The translations under genes and the position numbers were made by a program. A stretch of DNA of 32,000 nucleotides from Mycobacterium tuberculosis H37Rv (GTDB lineage: Bacteria; Actinomycetota; Actinomycetes; Mycobacteriales; Mycobacteriaceae). The stretch covers positions 3,450,001 to 3,482,000 of the forward strand of contig NC_000962.3 of the NCBI RefSeq assembly GCF_000195955.2. The letters run 5' to 3'. Numbering within the stretch: position 1 is the stretch's first letter; each line of letters opens with the position of its first letter. The notes beneath the pieces were generated by a model. It ran no database searches. It was not told the DNA's origin and was given only the letters and a program-made list of their open reading frames with translations. Shown here one piece after another: positions 17,967 to 27,637 of this stretch.

Positions 17967-18334
17967 CGGTGGAGCTGCCGGGAATCGAACCCGGGTCCTA
18001 CGGCATTCCCTCAAGGCTTCTCCGTGCGCAGTTCGCTATGCCTCTGCTCGGATCTCCCGGTCACGCGAACTAGCCGAGATGACGATCCCAGTCGCTGTGG
18101 TTGTCCCGAGGAGTCCCGCGACCGGACTCATCGGTGGATCCCTCTAGCTGATGCCAGGGTCCGGGCCGAGGGCGTTCCCGGTCTGACAGACTAGCCGTCG
18201 CTTAGGCAGCGAGAGCGTAGTCGCGCTGATGTGAATCGGCGCTTATTTGGTCGCAACGACGCTTACGGTGGTCTCTTGCCTGCACCGGCACGCTTCCCTT
18301 GATTCGATGCGCGAAGTCGAAACCGTTCAGCCCC
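17967..18334 (-). ncRNA. ssr: Transfer-messenger RNA (tmRNA)
   Basis: 5' GGGGCTGAACGGTTTCGACTTCGCGCATC and 3' GGACCCGGGTTCGATTCCCGGCAGCTCC pair as the acceptor stem and T-arm. The internal tag reads ADSHQRDYALAA-stop. 368 nt by these ends. Confidence 0.96.
18202..18240 (-). other. tmRNA proteolysis-tag reading frame ADSHQRDYALAA*
   Basis: Reverse complement GCC GAT TCA CAT CAG CGC GAC TAC GCT CTC GCT GCC TAA. Confidence 0.93.
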
Positions 18335-18341
18335 TCGCATC

Positions 18342-18395
18342 CCTGCCGACCTTCGGCAGGACCATCAATCCTACGCCGCTCTCAACAACCGGCAA
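18342..18395 (-). promoter_or_regulatory. Candidate tmRNA promoter and precursor leader hairpin
   Basis: On the minus strand, TTGCCG (18395-18390), 16 nt spacer, TAGGAT (18373-18368), then the perfect hairpin CCTGCCGA-AGG-TCGGCAGG (18360-18342) just before the mature 5' end. Confidence 0.45.
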
Positions 18396-18412
18396 CGCCA
18401 TTAACTTCCCGG

Positions 18413-19264
18413 TCAGATCACGAAGTTCAGGCGCTCGAGGATGTGACCGGCCAGCTCCTTGTCGCCGCCGAGTTCCACATCCTGGCTGCGCGCCGGGCTC
18501 ATCGGGCGCCCGCCGGCGAGCCTGGTGAACTGCAGTCCGTCCAGGCGGATCGTCGCCGTCGGCGCCGGCCCACCGAAGTCGTCGACCACCCGCGCTCGAC
18601 CGTCCACGGAAACGCGGATGCTGCGAGACAGCGGGCCGGTCAGCTCCAACAGCACGCGGGAGCCGTCGGGCGCTTTGGCCAGCTTGCCGACGACGAACCC
18701 CATGGTGGCCGCTATCTCATCGAGGACCAGCGGTGACGCCGGCCCGCCGAGTTCGTCGTCGGACGACGGGCGCTGCACCGCCGCGCGGATGTCCTGTTCG
18801 TGCATCCAGCAGTCGAAGATGCGTATCCGCATGAACCGCCCGTAGCTGTCGGGGCCCGAGGGGGTGGTCGTCGGCGCATTCCATTCGTCATCGGAAAGGC
18901 TCGCTAAGACCTTGCGGCGCTGGCTAGTCACTGCGCGAAACCGCTCCAGCAAGCCCACACCCGATTCTGTGCCCAGATGACGCACCCAGCACTCGTTCAT
19001 CACGCCGATGGGGTTGCGGACATGCGCAAGCGCAGAGACGTCTGTGTCTGGTTCTGGTGCGGCGATGCCGAGCAGAAATGACTCGGTGCCGATGATGTGC
19101 GACACCACGGCCTTGACGTCCCAACCGGGCAGCGGACTCGTTGCCTGCCAGTCCGTCTCGAGCAGTCCATCGAGCAGCGCATCCAGGGAGTGCCAAACGG
19201 CGAACAGCCCGGCCAGCACGTCGGACTTGTCCAGTGTGGTAAGGGGACGGCCCGGTGTGGTCAC
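18413..19264 (-). CDS. Maleylpyruvate isomerase-like/DinB-like mycothiol-dependent enzyme family protein (Rv3099c-like)
   Basis: 283 aa. Pattern WHSLDALLDGLLETDWQATSPLPGWDVKAVVSHIIGTES and later MRIFDCWMHEQDIRAAVQRP are typical of MDMPI_N-domain proteins. Confidence 0.8.
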   Translation of the reverse strand: MTTPGRPLTTLDKSDVLAGLFAVWHSLDALLDGLLETDWQATSPLPGWDVKAVVSHIIGTESFLLGIAAPEPDTDVSALAHVRNPIGVMNECWVRHLGTESGVGLLERFRAVTSQRRKVLASLSDDEWNAPTTTPSGPDSYGRFMRIRIFDCWMHEQDIRAAVQRPSSDDELGGPASPLVLDEIAATMGFVVGKLAKAPDGSRVLLELTGPLSRSIRVSVDGRARVVDDFGGPAPTATIRLDGLQFTRLAGGRPMSPARSQDVELGGDKELAGHILERLNFVI

Positions 19265-19300
19265 AAAGTGATGCTAAACCTCACATTGCCCAGTTCTCGA

Positions 19301-19783
19301 TCAGGTCATGCCCTTAGCGCGCCGACCCAACTCGCGGAGCACTTCACGCTGGGCATCACGACGGGCCATGTCCTGGCGTTTGTCGCGGGCTTGCTTGCCT
19401 CGGGCCAGCGCAAGCTCAACCTTGACCTTGCCTTCGGCGAAATACAGCGACAACGGCACCAGGGCGAAGTTGCCTTCGCGGATCTTGCCGACCAAGGTGT
19501 CGATCTGGCGGCGATGCAACAGCAGTTTGCGGTTGCGTCGCGGCTCGTGGTTGGTCCAGCTGCCGTGCCGGTATTCCGGGATGTGCGCGTTGCGCAGCCA
19601 CACTTCGCCGTCGTCGATGGTGGCGAACGAATCGGCCAGCGACGCCTGCCCTTCCCGCAGGCTCTTCACCTCCGTGCCTTGCAGCGCAACCCCGGCCTCG
19701 AACACCTCGATGATCGAATAGTTGTGCCGGGCTTTGCGATTGCTGGCAACGATCTGCCGGCCGCCACGCGACGACTTGGACAC
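19301..19783 (-). CDS. smpB: SsrA-binding protein SmpB
   Basis: GTG at 19783 gives 160 aa: NRKARHNYSIIEVFEAGVALQGTEVKSLREGQASLADSFA ... RNRKLLLHRRQIDTL ... ARGKQARDKRQD. Confidence 0.96.
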   Translation of the reverse strand: MSKSSRGGRQIVASNRKARHNYSIIEVFEAGVALQGTEVKSLREGQASLADSFATIDDGEVWLRNAHIPEYRHGSWTNHEPRRNRKLLLHRRQIDTLVGKIREGNFALVPLSLYFAEGKVKVELALARGKQARDKRQDMARRDAQREVLRELGRRAKGMT

Positions 19784-19785
19784 AG

Positions 19786-20679
19786 CTATCGCCGCACGTA
19801 GAGGCGCAGCGTTAAGTAAGCCGTCAACCCCGACATCGCCACGCCCAACAGCAGCAGCCACGGCGTGATGAAGAGGATGTCCGCATAGTCAACCTTGGCA
19901 ATGAGATTGGCTTGATAAAACTGGTTGAGCGCATTCTCCAGGAACAAAGCCCGCACCACCATCAAGCCCGCTACGGCGATGCCGACACCCATCGTCGCGG
20001 CCAGCATCGCCTCCACTAGGAACGGCAGCTGGGTGTACCAGCGGCTGGCACCGACCAAGCGCATGATGCCGATTTCGGTGCGCCGCGTATAGGCAGCCAC
20101 TTGGACCATGTTGGCGATCAACAGAATCGCCCCGATGGCCTGAACCAGCGCGACCGCGAACGCGGCATTGCTCAAACCATCAAGGACCGCGAACAGCCGG
20201 TCAATCAGCTCCTTTTGATTCAGCACGTCCAAGACGCCGGGCTGCCCCTTCATAGCGGTGTCAAAGTCCTTGTGCTGCTCGGGGTTCTCCAGCTTGACAA
20301 TGAACGACGCCGGGAACGAATCCTTGCCCGCCACGTCCTTGAACTGGGGAAACTTGCGGATGGCATCGTCATAGGCCTGCTGGCGGTTAAGGAAACGCAC
20401 CGCTTTGACGTCGGATCGCGTTTCGATCTTCTCCCGTAACGCTTTGCACGCAGTGGTATCGCAGGACGAGTCGTTGGCGGAAACGTCTTCGGTGAGAAAG
20501 ACCTGAGATTCCACCCGGTCGAGATAGATGGCCCGGGAGCTGTCGGCCAACCGGACCACCAACATACCGCCGCCGAACAATCCGACCGAGATCGCGGTCG
20601 TCAGGATCATCGCGATCGTCATGGTGACATTGCGACGAAAGCCGGTCAGGACCTCATTTAGCAGGAAACCGAAACGCAC
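19786..20679 (-). CDS. ftsX: Cell division ABC transporter permease FtsX
   Basis: 297 aa. [40 protein letters not shown]-terminal permease region, directly downstream of ftsE. Confidence 0.95.
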   Translation of the reverse strand: MRFGFLLNEVLTGFRRNVTMTIAMILTTAISVGLFGGGMLVVRLADSSRAIYLDRVESQVFLTEDVSANDSSCDTTACKALREKIETRSDVKAVRFLNRQQAYDDAIRKFPQFKDVAGKDSFPASFIVKLENPEQHKDFDTAMKGQPGVLDVLNQKELIDRLFAVLDGLSNAAFAVALVQAIGAILLIANMVQVAAYTRRTEIGIMRLVGASRWYTQLPFLVEAMLAATMGVGIAVAGLMVVRALFLENALNQFYQANLIAKVDYADILFITPWLLLLGVAMSGLTAYLTLRLYVRR

Positions 20680-21369
20680 TTAGCGATCCATCCCGTAGAC
20701 GCCACGCTGTTCGTCGCGTACCAGCCTGCCCAGGGACAACTCAACCACCCGTTGGCGCATCGAGTCGACGATGTGGTGGTCGTGCGTGGCCATCAGCACC
20801 GTCGTGCCGGTGCGGTTGATCCGCTCCAATAAGTCCATGATGTCCCTACTGGTCTCCGGGTCGAGGTTTCCGGTGGGCTCGTCGGCCAGCAGTACCAGCG
20901 GCCGGTTGACAAAGGCGCGGGCGATCGCAACGCGCTGTTGCTCGCCGCCCGACAGCTCGTCTGGCAGCCGATTGGCCTTGCCGGACAGACCGACCGTCTC
21001 GAGCACTTCGGGGACCACCCGGTTGATCGCGTCGGTGCGTTTGCCGATGACCTCCAATGCGAAGGCGACGTTGTCGTACACCGTCTTCTGCTGCAGCAAC
21101 CGAAAGTCCTGGAAGACGCAGCCGATCACCTGACGCAGCTTCGGTACGTGGCGACCGCGGAGTTTGTTGACATGAAACTTCGAGACCCGGACATCACCAC
21201 TGGTCGGCGTCTCCGCTGCCAGCAGCAGCCGCATGAAGGTTGACTTGCCCGAACCCGACGGGCCGATCAGGAAGACGAACTCACCCTTGTCGATCTTGAC
21301 GTTGATGTCATCCAACGCCGGACGCGCCGACGATTTGTACTGCTTGGTGACATGGTCCAGGGTGATCAT
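20680..21369 (-). CDS. ftsE: Cell division ATP-binding protein FtsE
   Basis: ATG at 21369 gives 229 aa. Walker [10 protein letters not shown], signature [15 protein letters not shown], Walker [13 protein letters not shown]. Confidence 0.96.
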
Positions 21370-21412
21370 CACGGCACGCCAGTGTAGCGGTGAGATTAGC
21401 GGGCAGGCGAAA

Positions 21413-21850
21413 TCAACGGGTCGGTGGCTCGGATTTGGGGTAGGTGCCGGCCGTCGGACCCGGCCCGGGCTGCGGTAGCGGTGCCGGTGGTGTTGGGGTC
21501 GTGGTGCCCGGGCCGAACGGCGGCGGCAACTCAAACGGCGGCGGGACAGCCGAATCGGTCGTGGTTTCGGGCGGGCTGACCGGCGGTGTGCTCGACGTGG
21601 TGGTCGGCGTCGCCTTGACGGTGGGTGGTTGCACTCTGGTTCGCGGCACCCAGGTGTAGTCAGGATCGGGCACGAAGCCCGGCGGCACCACCTGGGTCGG
21701 CGGAGAGTCACCAGGACCTGGTGCCTGTGGCCTATAGGTCTCGTAAATCCACCACACCGCCAGGAACGCGGCGATCAACACCAGGGTCGACGTGCGGATC
21801 CGGCCGAACAGATAGCCCGGCCAGTGCCGTTTCTGGTTGCTGAGCTTCAC
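21413..21850 (-). CDS. Proline-rich single-pass membrane protein (Rv3103c-like)
   Basis: GTG at 21850 gives 145 aa, with a hydrophobic segment ([20 protein letters not shown]) and Pro/Thr-rich tail. Flanking spacing supports this start. Confidence 0.75.
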
Positions 21851-21851
21851 G

Positions 21852-22778
21852 CTACTGCTCCGGACTTTCTGCCACCGCGGCCCGCGCATCGGCCGCGGTG
21901 ACTATCCCGGCGCGGGTGAGCGCGCGGATCACCAGCACCCGCAACTGCCGGCCCGCCTCGAACTGCTTGCCGGGTAGGGTGCGGGCCACCAGTCGCAGGG
22001 TGACGGTGTCCACTTCGATGCGCTCCACGCCCATGACCGTGGGCTCATCCAACAACAGCTCTCCCAGCAGCGAGTCGTGGCGCGCGTGCTCACACTCCTG
22101 ATGCAAGACCTCGTTCACGCGGCCGAGATCGGCGCTGGTCGGGACGGGGATGTCCACGACCGCGCGGGCCCAGTCCTTGGACAGGTTGACCGACTTGACG
22201 ATGTTCCCGTTGGGAACGGTGAACACCTCACCCTCGCTGGAACGCAGCTTGGTCACCCGCAGCGTGACGTCCTCCACCGTGCCGGCCGCGTTCTCCGGTG
22301 ACCCCACCATGCTGAGTTCGACCAAATCGCCGAACCCGTACTGCTTCTCCACGATGATGAAGAACCCGGCGAGTAGGTCCTGCACCAGGCGTTGGGCACC
22401 GAAGCCCAGCGCGGCGCCGAGCACCGCCGCCGGCCCCACCAACGCACCGACCGGAACCGGCAACACATCGATGACCTCGTACACAACGACGACATAGATG
22501 AGGACGATCGACACCCACGAGATCACCGACGCTACGGCCTGGCGGTGCTTGGTTGCCTCCGAGCGCACCAACGCGTCGCTTTCGGTAAACCCCAGGTCGA
22601 GGCGCCGGGTCACCCGGTTGGCAAGCCAAGTCACGAAGCGGGCCGCCAGCACCGCTGCGATCAGCAGCATGACGATGCGCAGGCCCCGGTTGAGGATCCA
22701 GTCGCCGATTTCACCGCGCCAGAAGTTATGCCAGTGCTGTGCTATCGAGGTGGCCAGAACTGTGCCGCTAGTCGTCAT
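21852..22778 (-). CDS. Mechanosensitive channel MscS-family protein (Rv3104c-like)
   Basis: ATG at 22778 gives 308 aa. MscS core: [36 protein letters not shown]...[26 protein letters not shown]. Confidence 0.9.
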   Translation of the reverse strand: MTTSGTVLATSIAQHWHNFWRGEIGDWILNRGLRIVMLLIAAVLAARFVTWLANRVTRRLDLGFTESDALVRSEATKHRQAVASVISWVSIVLIYVVVVYEVIDVLPVPVGALVGPAAVLGAALGFGAQRLVQDLLAGFFIIVEKQYGFGDLVELSMVGSPENAAGTVEDVTLRVTKLRSSEGEVFTVPNGNIVKSVNLSKDWARAVVDIPVPTSADLGRVNEVLHQECEHARHDSLLGELLLDEPTVMGVERIEVDTVTLRLVARTLPGKQFEAGRQLRVLVIRALTRAGIVTAADARAAVAESPEQ

Positions 22779-23904
22779 TACGTCGATTGCGCCACCGGAT
22801 CCCGGCTTCCAGGAATCCGTCGAGGTCTCCATCCAGAACGGCCGCCGGATTGCCGACCTCGTACTCGGTGCGCAGATCCTTGACCATCTGATATGGGTGC
22901 AGCACATAGGAACGCATCTGGTTACCCCAGGAGCTGCCGCCGTCGGCCTTCAACGCGTCGAGCTCGGCGCGTTCTTCTAAGCGCTTGCGTTCCAACAACT
23001 TTGCTTGCAGAACCCGCATCGCCGCGATCTTGTTCTGCAGTTGGGACTTCTCGTTCTGGCAGGTGACCACGATACCGCTGGGAATGTGGGTGAGCCGCAC
23101 CGCTGAGTCTGTCGTGTTCACCGATTGCCCGCCGGGCCCGCTGGAGCGATAGACGTCGACGCGGACATCGCCCTCGGGGATGTCAATGTGGTCGGTGGTC
23201 TCCACCACCGGCAGCACTTCGACTTCGGCGAACGACGTCTGTCGCCGGCTCTGGTTGTCGAACGGGCTGATCCGCACCAGCCGGTGGGTGCCCTGTTCGA
23301 CCGACAACGTGCCGTAGGCGAACGGTGCGTGCACGGCGAACGTGGCGCTTTTGATGCCGGCTTCTTCGGCATAGGAGGTGTCGAACACCTCGACGGGGTA
23401 TTTGTGCTGCTCGGCCCAGCGGATATACATCCGCATCAGCATCTCGGCCCAGTCTGCGGCGTCCACCCCACCCGCGCCGGACCGGATGGTGACCAGCGCC
23501 TCACGCTCGTCGTATTCCCCCGACAGCAGGGTGCGCACCTCGGTGGCCTCGATGTCGGCGCGCAACGACTTGAGCTCCGCGTCGGCCTCGGCGACGGCAT
23601 CGGCGGCGGCCGCGCCCGCTTCCTCGGCGGCCAGCTCGTAGAGCACCGGCAGGTCGTCCAGGCGGCGCCTTAGCTCCTCGACGCGCCGCAGCTCTCCCTG
23701 GGTGTGCGACAACTCGCTGGTCACCCGCTGCGCCCGGGTCTGGTCGTCCCACAAGTGCGGATCAGATGCCTCATGCTCGAGCTTCTCGATGCGGCTGCGC
23801 AGACCCTCGACGTCGAGCACCCGCTCCACCGTGGTCAGGGTGCAGTCCAAGGCGGCGATGTCGGCTTGACGGTCGGGGTCCACAGCAGCCAAGGTTACCG
23901 GCAT
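22768..23904 (-). CDS. prfB: Peptide chain release factor 2
   Basis: 378 aa in one continuous frame. SPF anticodon-like motif ([16 protein letters not shown]) and GGQ motif ([19 protein letters not shown]). Confidence 0.96.
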   Translation of the reverse strand: MPVTLAAVDPDRQADIAALDCTLTTVERVLDVEGLRSRIEKLEHEASDPHLWDDQTRAQRVTSELSHTQGELRRVEELRRRLDDLPVLYELAAEEAGAAAADAVAEADAELKSLRADIEATEVRTLLSGEYDEREALVTIRSGAGGVDAADWAEMLMRMYIRWAEQHKYPVEVFDTSYAEEAGIKSATFAVHAPFAYGTLSVEQGTHRLVRISPFDNQSRRQTSFAEVEVLPVVETTDHIDIPEGDVRVDVYRSSGPGGQSVNTTDSAVRLTHIPSGIVVTCQNEKSQLQNKIAAMRVLQAKLLERKRLEERAELDALKADGGSSWGNQMRSYVLHPYQMVKDLRTEYEVGNPAAVLDGDLDGFLEAGIRWRNRRNDD

Positions 23905-24006
23905 CAGCGTCTAGCATCAGATGACCGTCATGTGCACCGCACGACTGCGGCCCAGCCCATTCGCAGCCCCTTGCGCCGCAGCCGGGCACAACACAGAGGC
24001 TCGAGT

Positions 24007-25377
24007 ATGCGTCCCTATTACATCGCCATCGTGGGCTCCGGGCCGTCGGCGTTCTTCGCCGCGGCATCCTTGCTGAAGGCCGCCGACACGACCGAGGACC
24101 TCGACATGGCCGTCGACATGCTGGAGATGTTGCCGACTCCCTGGGGGCTGGTGCGCTCCGGGGTCGCGCCGGATCACCCCAAGATCAAGTCGATCAGCAA
24201 GCAATTCGAAAAGACGGCCGAGGACCCCCGCTTCCGCTTCTTCGGCAATGTGGTCGTCGGCGAACACGTCCAGCCCGGCGAGCTCTCCGAGCGCTACGAC
24301 GCCGTGATCTACGCCGTCGGCGCGCAGTCCGATCGCATGTTGAACATCCCCGGTGAGGACCTGCCGGGCAGTATCGCCGCCGTCGATTTCGTCGGCTGGT
24401 ACAACGCACATCCACACTTCGAGCAGGTATCACCCGATCTGTCGGGCGCCCGGGCCGTAGTTATCGGCAATGGAAACGTCGCGCTAGACGTGGCACGGAT
24501 TCTGCTCACCGATCCCGACGTGTTGGCACGCACCGATATCGCCGATCACGCTTTGGAATCGCTACGCCCACGCGGTATCCAGGAGGTGGTGATCGTCGGG
24601 CGCCGAGGTCCGCTGCAGGCCGCGTTCACCACGTTGGAGTTGCGCGAGCTGGCCGACCTCGACGGGGTTGACGTGGTGATCGATCCGGCGGAGCTGGACG
24701 GCATTACCGACGAGGACGCGGCCGCGGTGGGCAAGGTCTGCAAGCAGAACATCAAGGTGCTGCGTGGCTATGCGGACCGCGAACCCCGCCCGGGACACCG
24801 CCGCATGGTGTTCCGGTTCTTGACCTCTCCGATCGAGATCAAGGGCAAGCGCAAAGTGGAGCGGATCGTGCTGGGCCGCAACGAGCTGGTCTCCGACGGC
24901 AGCGGGCGAGTGGCGGCCAAGGACACCGGCGAGCGCGAGGAGCTGCCAGCTCAGCTGGTCGTGCGGTCGGTCGGCTACCGCGGGGTGCCCACGCCCGGGC
25001 TGCCGTTCGACGACCAGAGCGGGACCATCCCCAACGTCGGCGGCCGAATCAACGGCAGCCCCAACGAATACGTCGTCGGGTGGATCAAGCGCGGGCCGAC
25101 CGGGGTGATCGGGACCAACAAGAAGGACGCCCAAGACACCGTCGACACCTTGATCAAGAATCTTGGCAACGCCAAGGAGGGCGCCGAGTGCAAGAGCTTT
25201 CCGGAAGATCATGCCGACCAGGTGGCCGACTGGCTAGCAGCACGCCAGCCGAAGCTGGTCACGTCGGCCCACTGGCAGGTGATCGACGCTTTCGAGCGGG
25301 CCGCCGGCGAGCCGCACGGGCGTCCCCGGGTCAAGTTGGCCAGCCTGGCCGAGCTGTTGCGGATTGGGCTCGGCTGA
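24007..25377 (+). CDS. fprA: NADPH-ferredoxin reductase FprA (adrenodoxin reductase type)
   Basis: ATG at 24007 gives 456 aa. MRPYYIAIVGSGPSAFFAAASLL, VIGNGNVALDVARIL and C-terminal GWIKRGPTGVIGTNKKDAQDTV. Confidence 0.95.
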   Translation: MRPYYIAIVGSGPSAFFAAASLLKAADTTEDLDMAVDMLEMLPTPWGLVRSGVAPDHPKIKSISKQFEKTAEDPRFRFFGNVVVGEHVQPGELSERYDAVIYAVGAQSDRMLNIPGEDLPGSIAAVDFVGWYNAHPHFEQVSPDLSGARAVVIGNGNVALDVARILLTDPDVLARTDIADHALESLRPRGIQEVVIVGRRGPLQAAFTTLELRELADLDGVDVVIDPAELDGITDEDAAAVGKVCKQNIKVLRGYADREPRPGHRRMVFRFLTSPIEIKGKRKVERIVLGRNELVSDGSGRVAAKDTGEREELPAQLVVRSVGYRGVPTPGLPFDDQSGTIPNVGGRINGSPNEYVVGWIKRGPTGVIGTNKKDAQDTVDTLIKNLGNAKEGAECKSFPEDHADQVADWLAARQPKLVTSAHWQVIDAFERAAGEPHGRPRVKLASLAELLRIGLG

Positions 25378-26961
25378 TCAGCGACCGAGCAACACCCCTG
25401 GGTTGAGGATCCCGGCCGGGTCGAGTGCGGACTTCGCCGCCCGCAGGGCCGCCGCGAACGGGTCGGGACGCTGCCGGTCATACCAAGCGCGGTGGTCGCG
25501 ACCGACCGCATGGTGGTGGGTGATGGTACCGCCACTGGCGCTGATCGCCTCGGACACGGCAGCCTTGATCTCGTCCCACTGCGCGTCGAGCGACCCCCAG
25601 CGCCCGCCGGCATAGATGCCGTAGTAAGGAGCCGGGCCGTCCGGGTAGACATGGGTGAATCGACAGGTCACTACTCCGGTCCCGCATACCTTCCAGATCG
25701 CGGTCCGAGCGGCATCGGTCACCGCGGCATGTAGAGTATCGAATCCGTCCCAGGTGCAAGCGGTTTCGAATGTTTCGGCGATAACTCCGCGGCGAACCAG
25801 CGCGTCTCGTTGATACGGCATGCGCAGAAACGCCGAGCGCCAGTTCGCGGCTGCGTTGTGTTCCGTTGCGTCGCTTGTAGTTCCGCGGCTACGTTGCGCG
25901 GTCACCGTGCCGCCGTGTTCGGCGGTGATCGCCACCGCCCGGTGCAGCCACGGGTCTATCGGGTGGTCGGCAGACTCGAACGCCAACACCAACAGCCCGC
26001 CACCAACGGACGTGCCGGCATTCAGCAACGCCTCGGCCGGATCCAACAGCCGGCAGTTGGCCGGGTACAGCCCCGCCTGAGCGATCGTCCGGGTCGCGGC
26101 GACCGCGGCGGCCCAGTCGTCAAACACCACGGACACCGTGACCTGCCATCGCGGACGGTGTTGCAGCCGCATCCACGCCTCGGTGATGATGCCAAGCGTC
26201 CCCTCGGACCCGAGGAACAACCGGTCCGGGGATGGTCCGGCACCGCTTCCGGGCAGCCGCCGGGACTCGCTGATCCCCACCGGGGTGACAATCCGCAGCG
26301 ATTCGGTCAAGTCGTCGATATGGGTATAGAGCGTGGCGAAGTGTCCGCCGGAGCGGGTGGCCAACCAGCCACCGAGAGTCGAGAAGCCGAAGGACTGCGG
26401 GAAATGGCGCAGTGTCAAATCGTGTGGGCGAAGCTGATGCTCGATCGAGGGGCCGAACGCACCCGCCTGGATGCGCGCGGCACGGCTGACACGGTCAATC
26501 TCAAGCACCGCGCTCATGGCAGTGACGTCGACCGTGACCACCGGCTCATCGAAGCGCGGCTCGACACCGCCAACCACCGAGCTGCCACCACCGTATGGGA
26601 TGACCGCAATCCCCTCGCGCGCACACCAATCCAGCACGTCGATCACGTCCTGCTCGCTGCGGGGTCGGGCGATGAGGTCGGGCAGGTGGTCGAGCTGGCC
26701 CTGCAGGTTGCGTGCGATGTCGCGATACGCTTTGCCGCGCGCGTGTCCGGCCCGATCGACGAGATCGCTTGAGCAGAGCGCGGCCAGCGATGCCGGCGGG
26801 CTGACCCGTGGGGCCGCCAAACCGAGCGCGGTCAGGTCCGGCGGCGGGTGGTCGCTCAGGTCATGGCCGGACACCAGTGCCGCGACTCGCGACTGTAGCG
26901 CTTGCGTCTCCTGATCGGAGAGCGCGTCCTCGACTGTGCCCCAACCCCACCACGAACGCAT
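25378..26961 (-). CDS. agpS: FAD-linked oxidase, alkyl-dihydroxyacetonephosphate synthase-like
   Basis: 527 aa. FAD_binding_4 motif VIPYGGGSSVVGG, GSEGTLGIITEAWMRL, C-terminal HHHAVGRDH and LDPAGILNPGVLL. Confidence 0.9.
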   Translation of the reverse strand: MRSWWGWGTVEDALSDQETQALQSRVAALVSGHDLSDHPPPDLTALGLAAPRVSPPASLAALCSSDLVDRAGHARGKAYRDIARNLQGQLDHLPDLIARPRSEQDVIDVLDWCAREGIAVIPYGGGSSVVGGVEPRFDEPVVTVDVTAMSAVLEIDRVSRAARIQAGAFGPSIEHQLRPHDLTLRHFPQSFGFSTLGGWLATRSGGHFATLYTHIDDLTESLRIVTPVGISESRRLPGSGAGPSPDRLFLGSEGTLGIITEAWMRLQHRPRWQVTVSVVFDDWAAAVAATRTIAQAGLYPANCRLLDPAEALLNAGTSVGGGLLVLAFESADHPIDPWLHRAVAITAEHGGTVTAQRSRGTTSDATEHNAAANWRSAFLRMPYQRDALVRRGVIAETFETACTWDGFDTLHAAVTDAARTAIWKVCGTGVVTCRFTHVYPDGPAPYYGIYAGGRWGSLDAQWDEIKAAVSEAISASGGTITHHHAVGRDHRAWYDRQRPDPFAAALRAAKSALDPAGILNPGVLLGR

Positions 26962-26971
26962 GCTGATGGTG

Positions 26972-27175
26972 TCAGCGTTTGAGGACGATCATGGCTCCGC
27001 CGACGACCACCAGCACCAGGGCCGCGACGATAGCCCATCCAGCACCGGCTAGCCACCACATGACACCCAATGCGGCGAGTACCGGCGACAGCGCGAAGAA
27101 CACCATTACCGGGTGCTGCCTAATCACTGCGAGGGCACTGGTCGCCCGGACTCGATCGATTTCCTTGCCTGGCAT
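26972..27175 (-). CDS. Small two-helix membrane protein immediately upstream of agpS
   Basis: 67 aa: MPGKEIDRVRATSALAVIRQHPVMVFFALSPVLAALGVMWWLAGAGWAIVAALVLVVVGGAMIVLKR. Two hydrophobic stretches, polar N-terminus, basic C-terminus, 10 bp before agpS. Confidence 0.6.
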   Translation of the reverse strand: MPGKEIDRVRATSALAVIRQHPVMVFFALSPVLAALGVMWWLAGAGWAIVAALVLVVVGGAMIVLKR

Positions 27176-27555
27176 GCCCTTCAGGATGCCAGCTGACTAC
27201 CACAATGCAAGCAGCGATGAGCCGACGAACCGTCATCCTTGGCCTGCTCCCGCTCGCTGTTGTCGTCACGAATGGCGCACGATGCGGCGCACCAATGCCT
27301 GTGACCGAAGGCGGTTCGGGCTGTCATTGACAATTCATGAAGATGCCTGCCGCATCATATCCGTTGTGCCCGTTGTTCTAGAAGTCCGACGTGCTGAGCC
27401 TGCCCACCCGGCGACCCCATATCCGGAACCCCTCGCGCGCTGCAGCCGCTCACCTGGTCTGAACGAAAGCTCGCACATGAGTGGTCGGATTCCGCCCTAA
27501 CAACGCGCCATAAACGCAGGCTCATGCGCTGCGCCACGATGCGCCGATGCATTTC

Positions 27556-27576
27556 GGTAACGATTGTTAGTTAACC
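27556..27576. promoter_or_regulatory. AT-rich imperfect dyad upstream of moaA1, possible regulator site
   Basis: GGTAACGATTGTTAGTTAACC, with half-sites GGTAAC and GTTAACC, in the moaA1 upstream region. Confidence 0.3.
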
Positions 27577-27637
27577 CTTGTACGAAACTCTCTTGAGGCG
27601 CTCTAACCGACTGCGTCCAAAGTGGAGGATCGAAAAG

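Noticed and set aside
17841-18194. ORFs across the tmRNA region (17841-18194, 17923-18147, 18247-18528)
   Set aside because: They overlap the well-supported ssrA gene. The peptides are translations of structural RNA sequence.
22768-23904. Possible programmed frameshift in prfB as in E. coli RF2
   Set aside because: The coding frame is continuous from ATG 23904 through SPF and GGQ motifs, with no early in-frame UGA.
26979-27500. 173-aa plus-strand ORF between agpS and moaA1
   Set aside because: Sequence is not protein-like by eye and overlaps the better-looking minus-strand membrane ORF. I could not confirm a reliable start.
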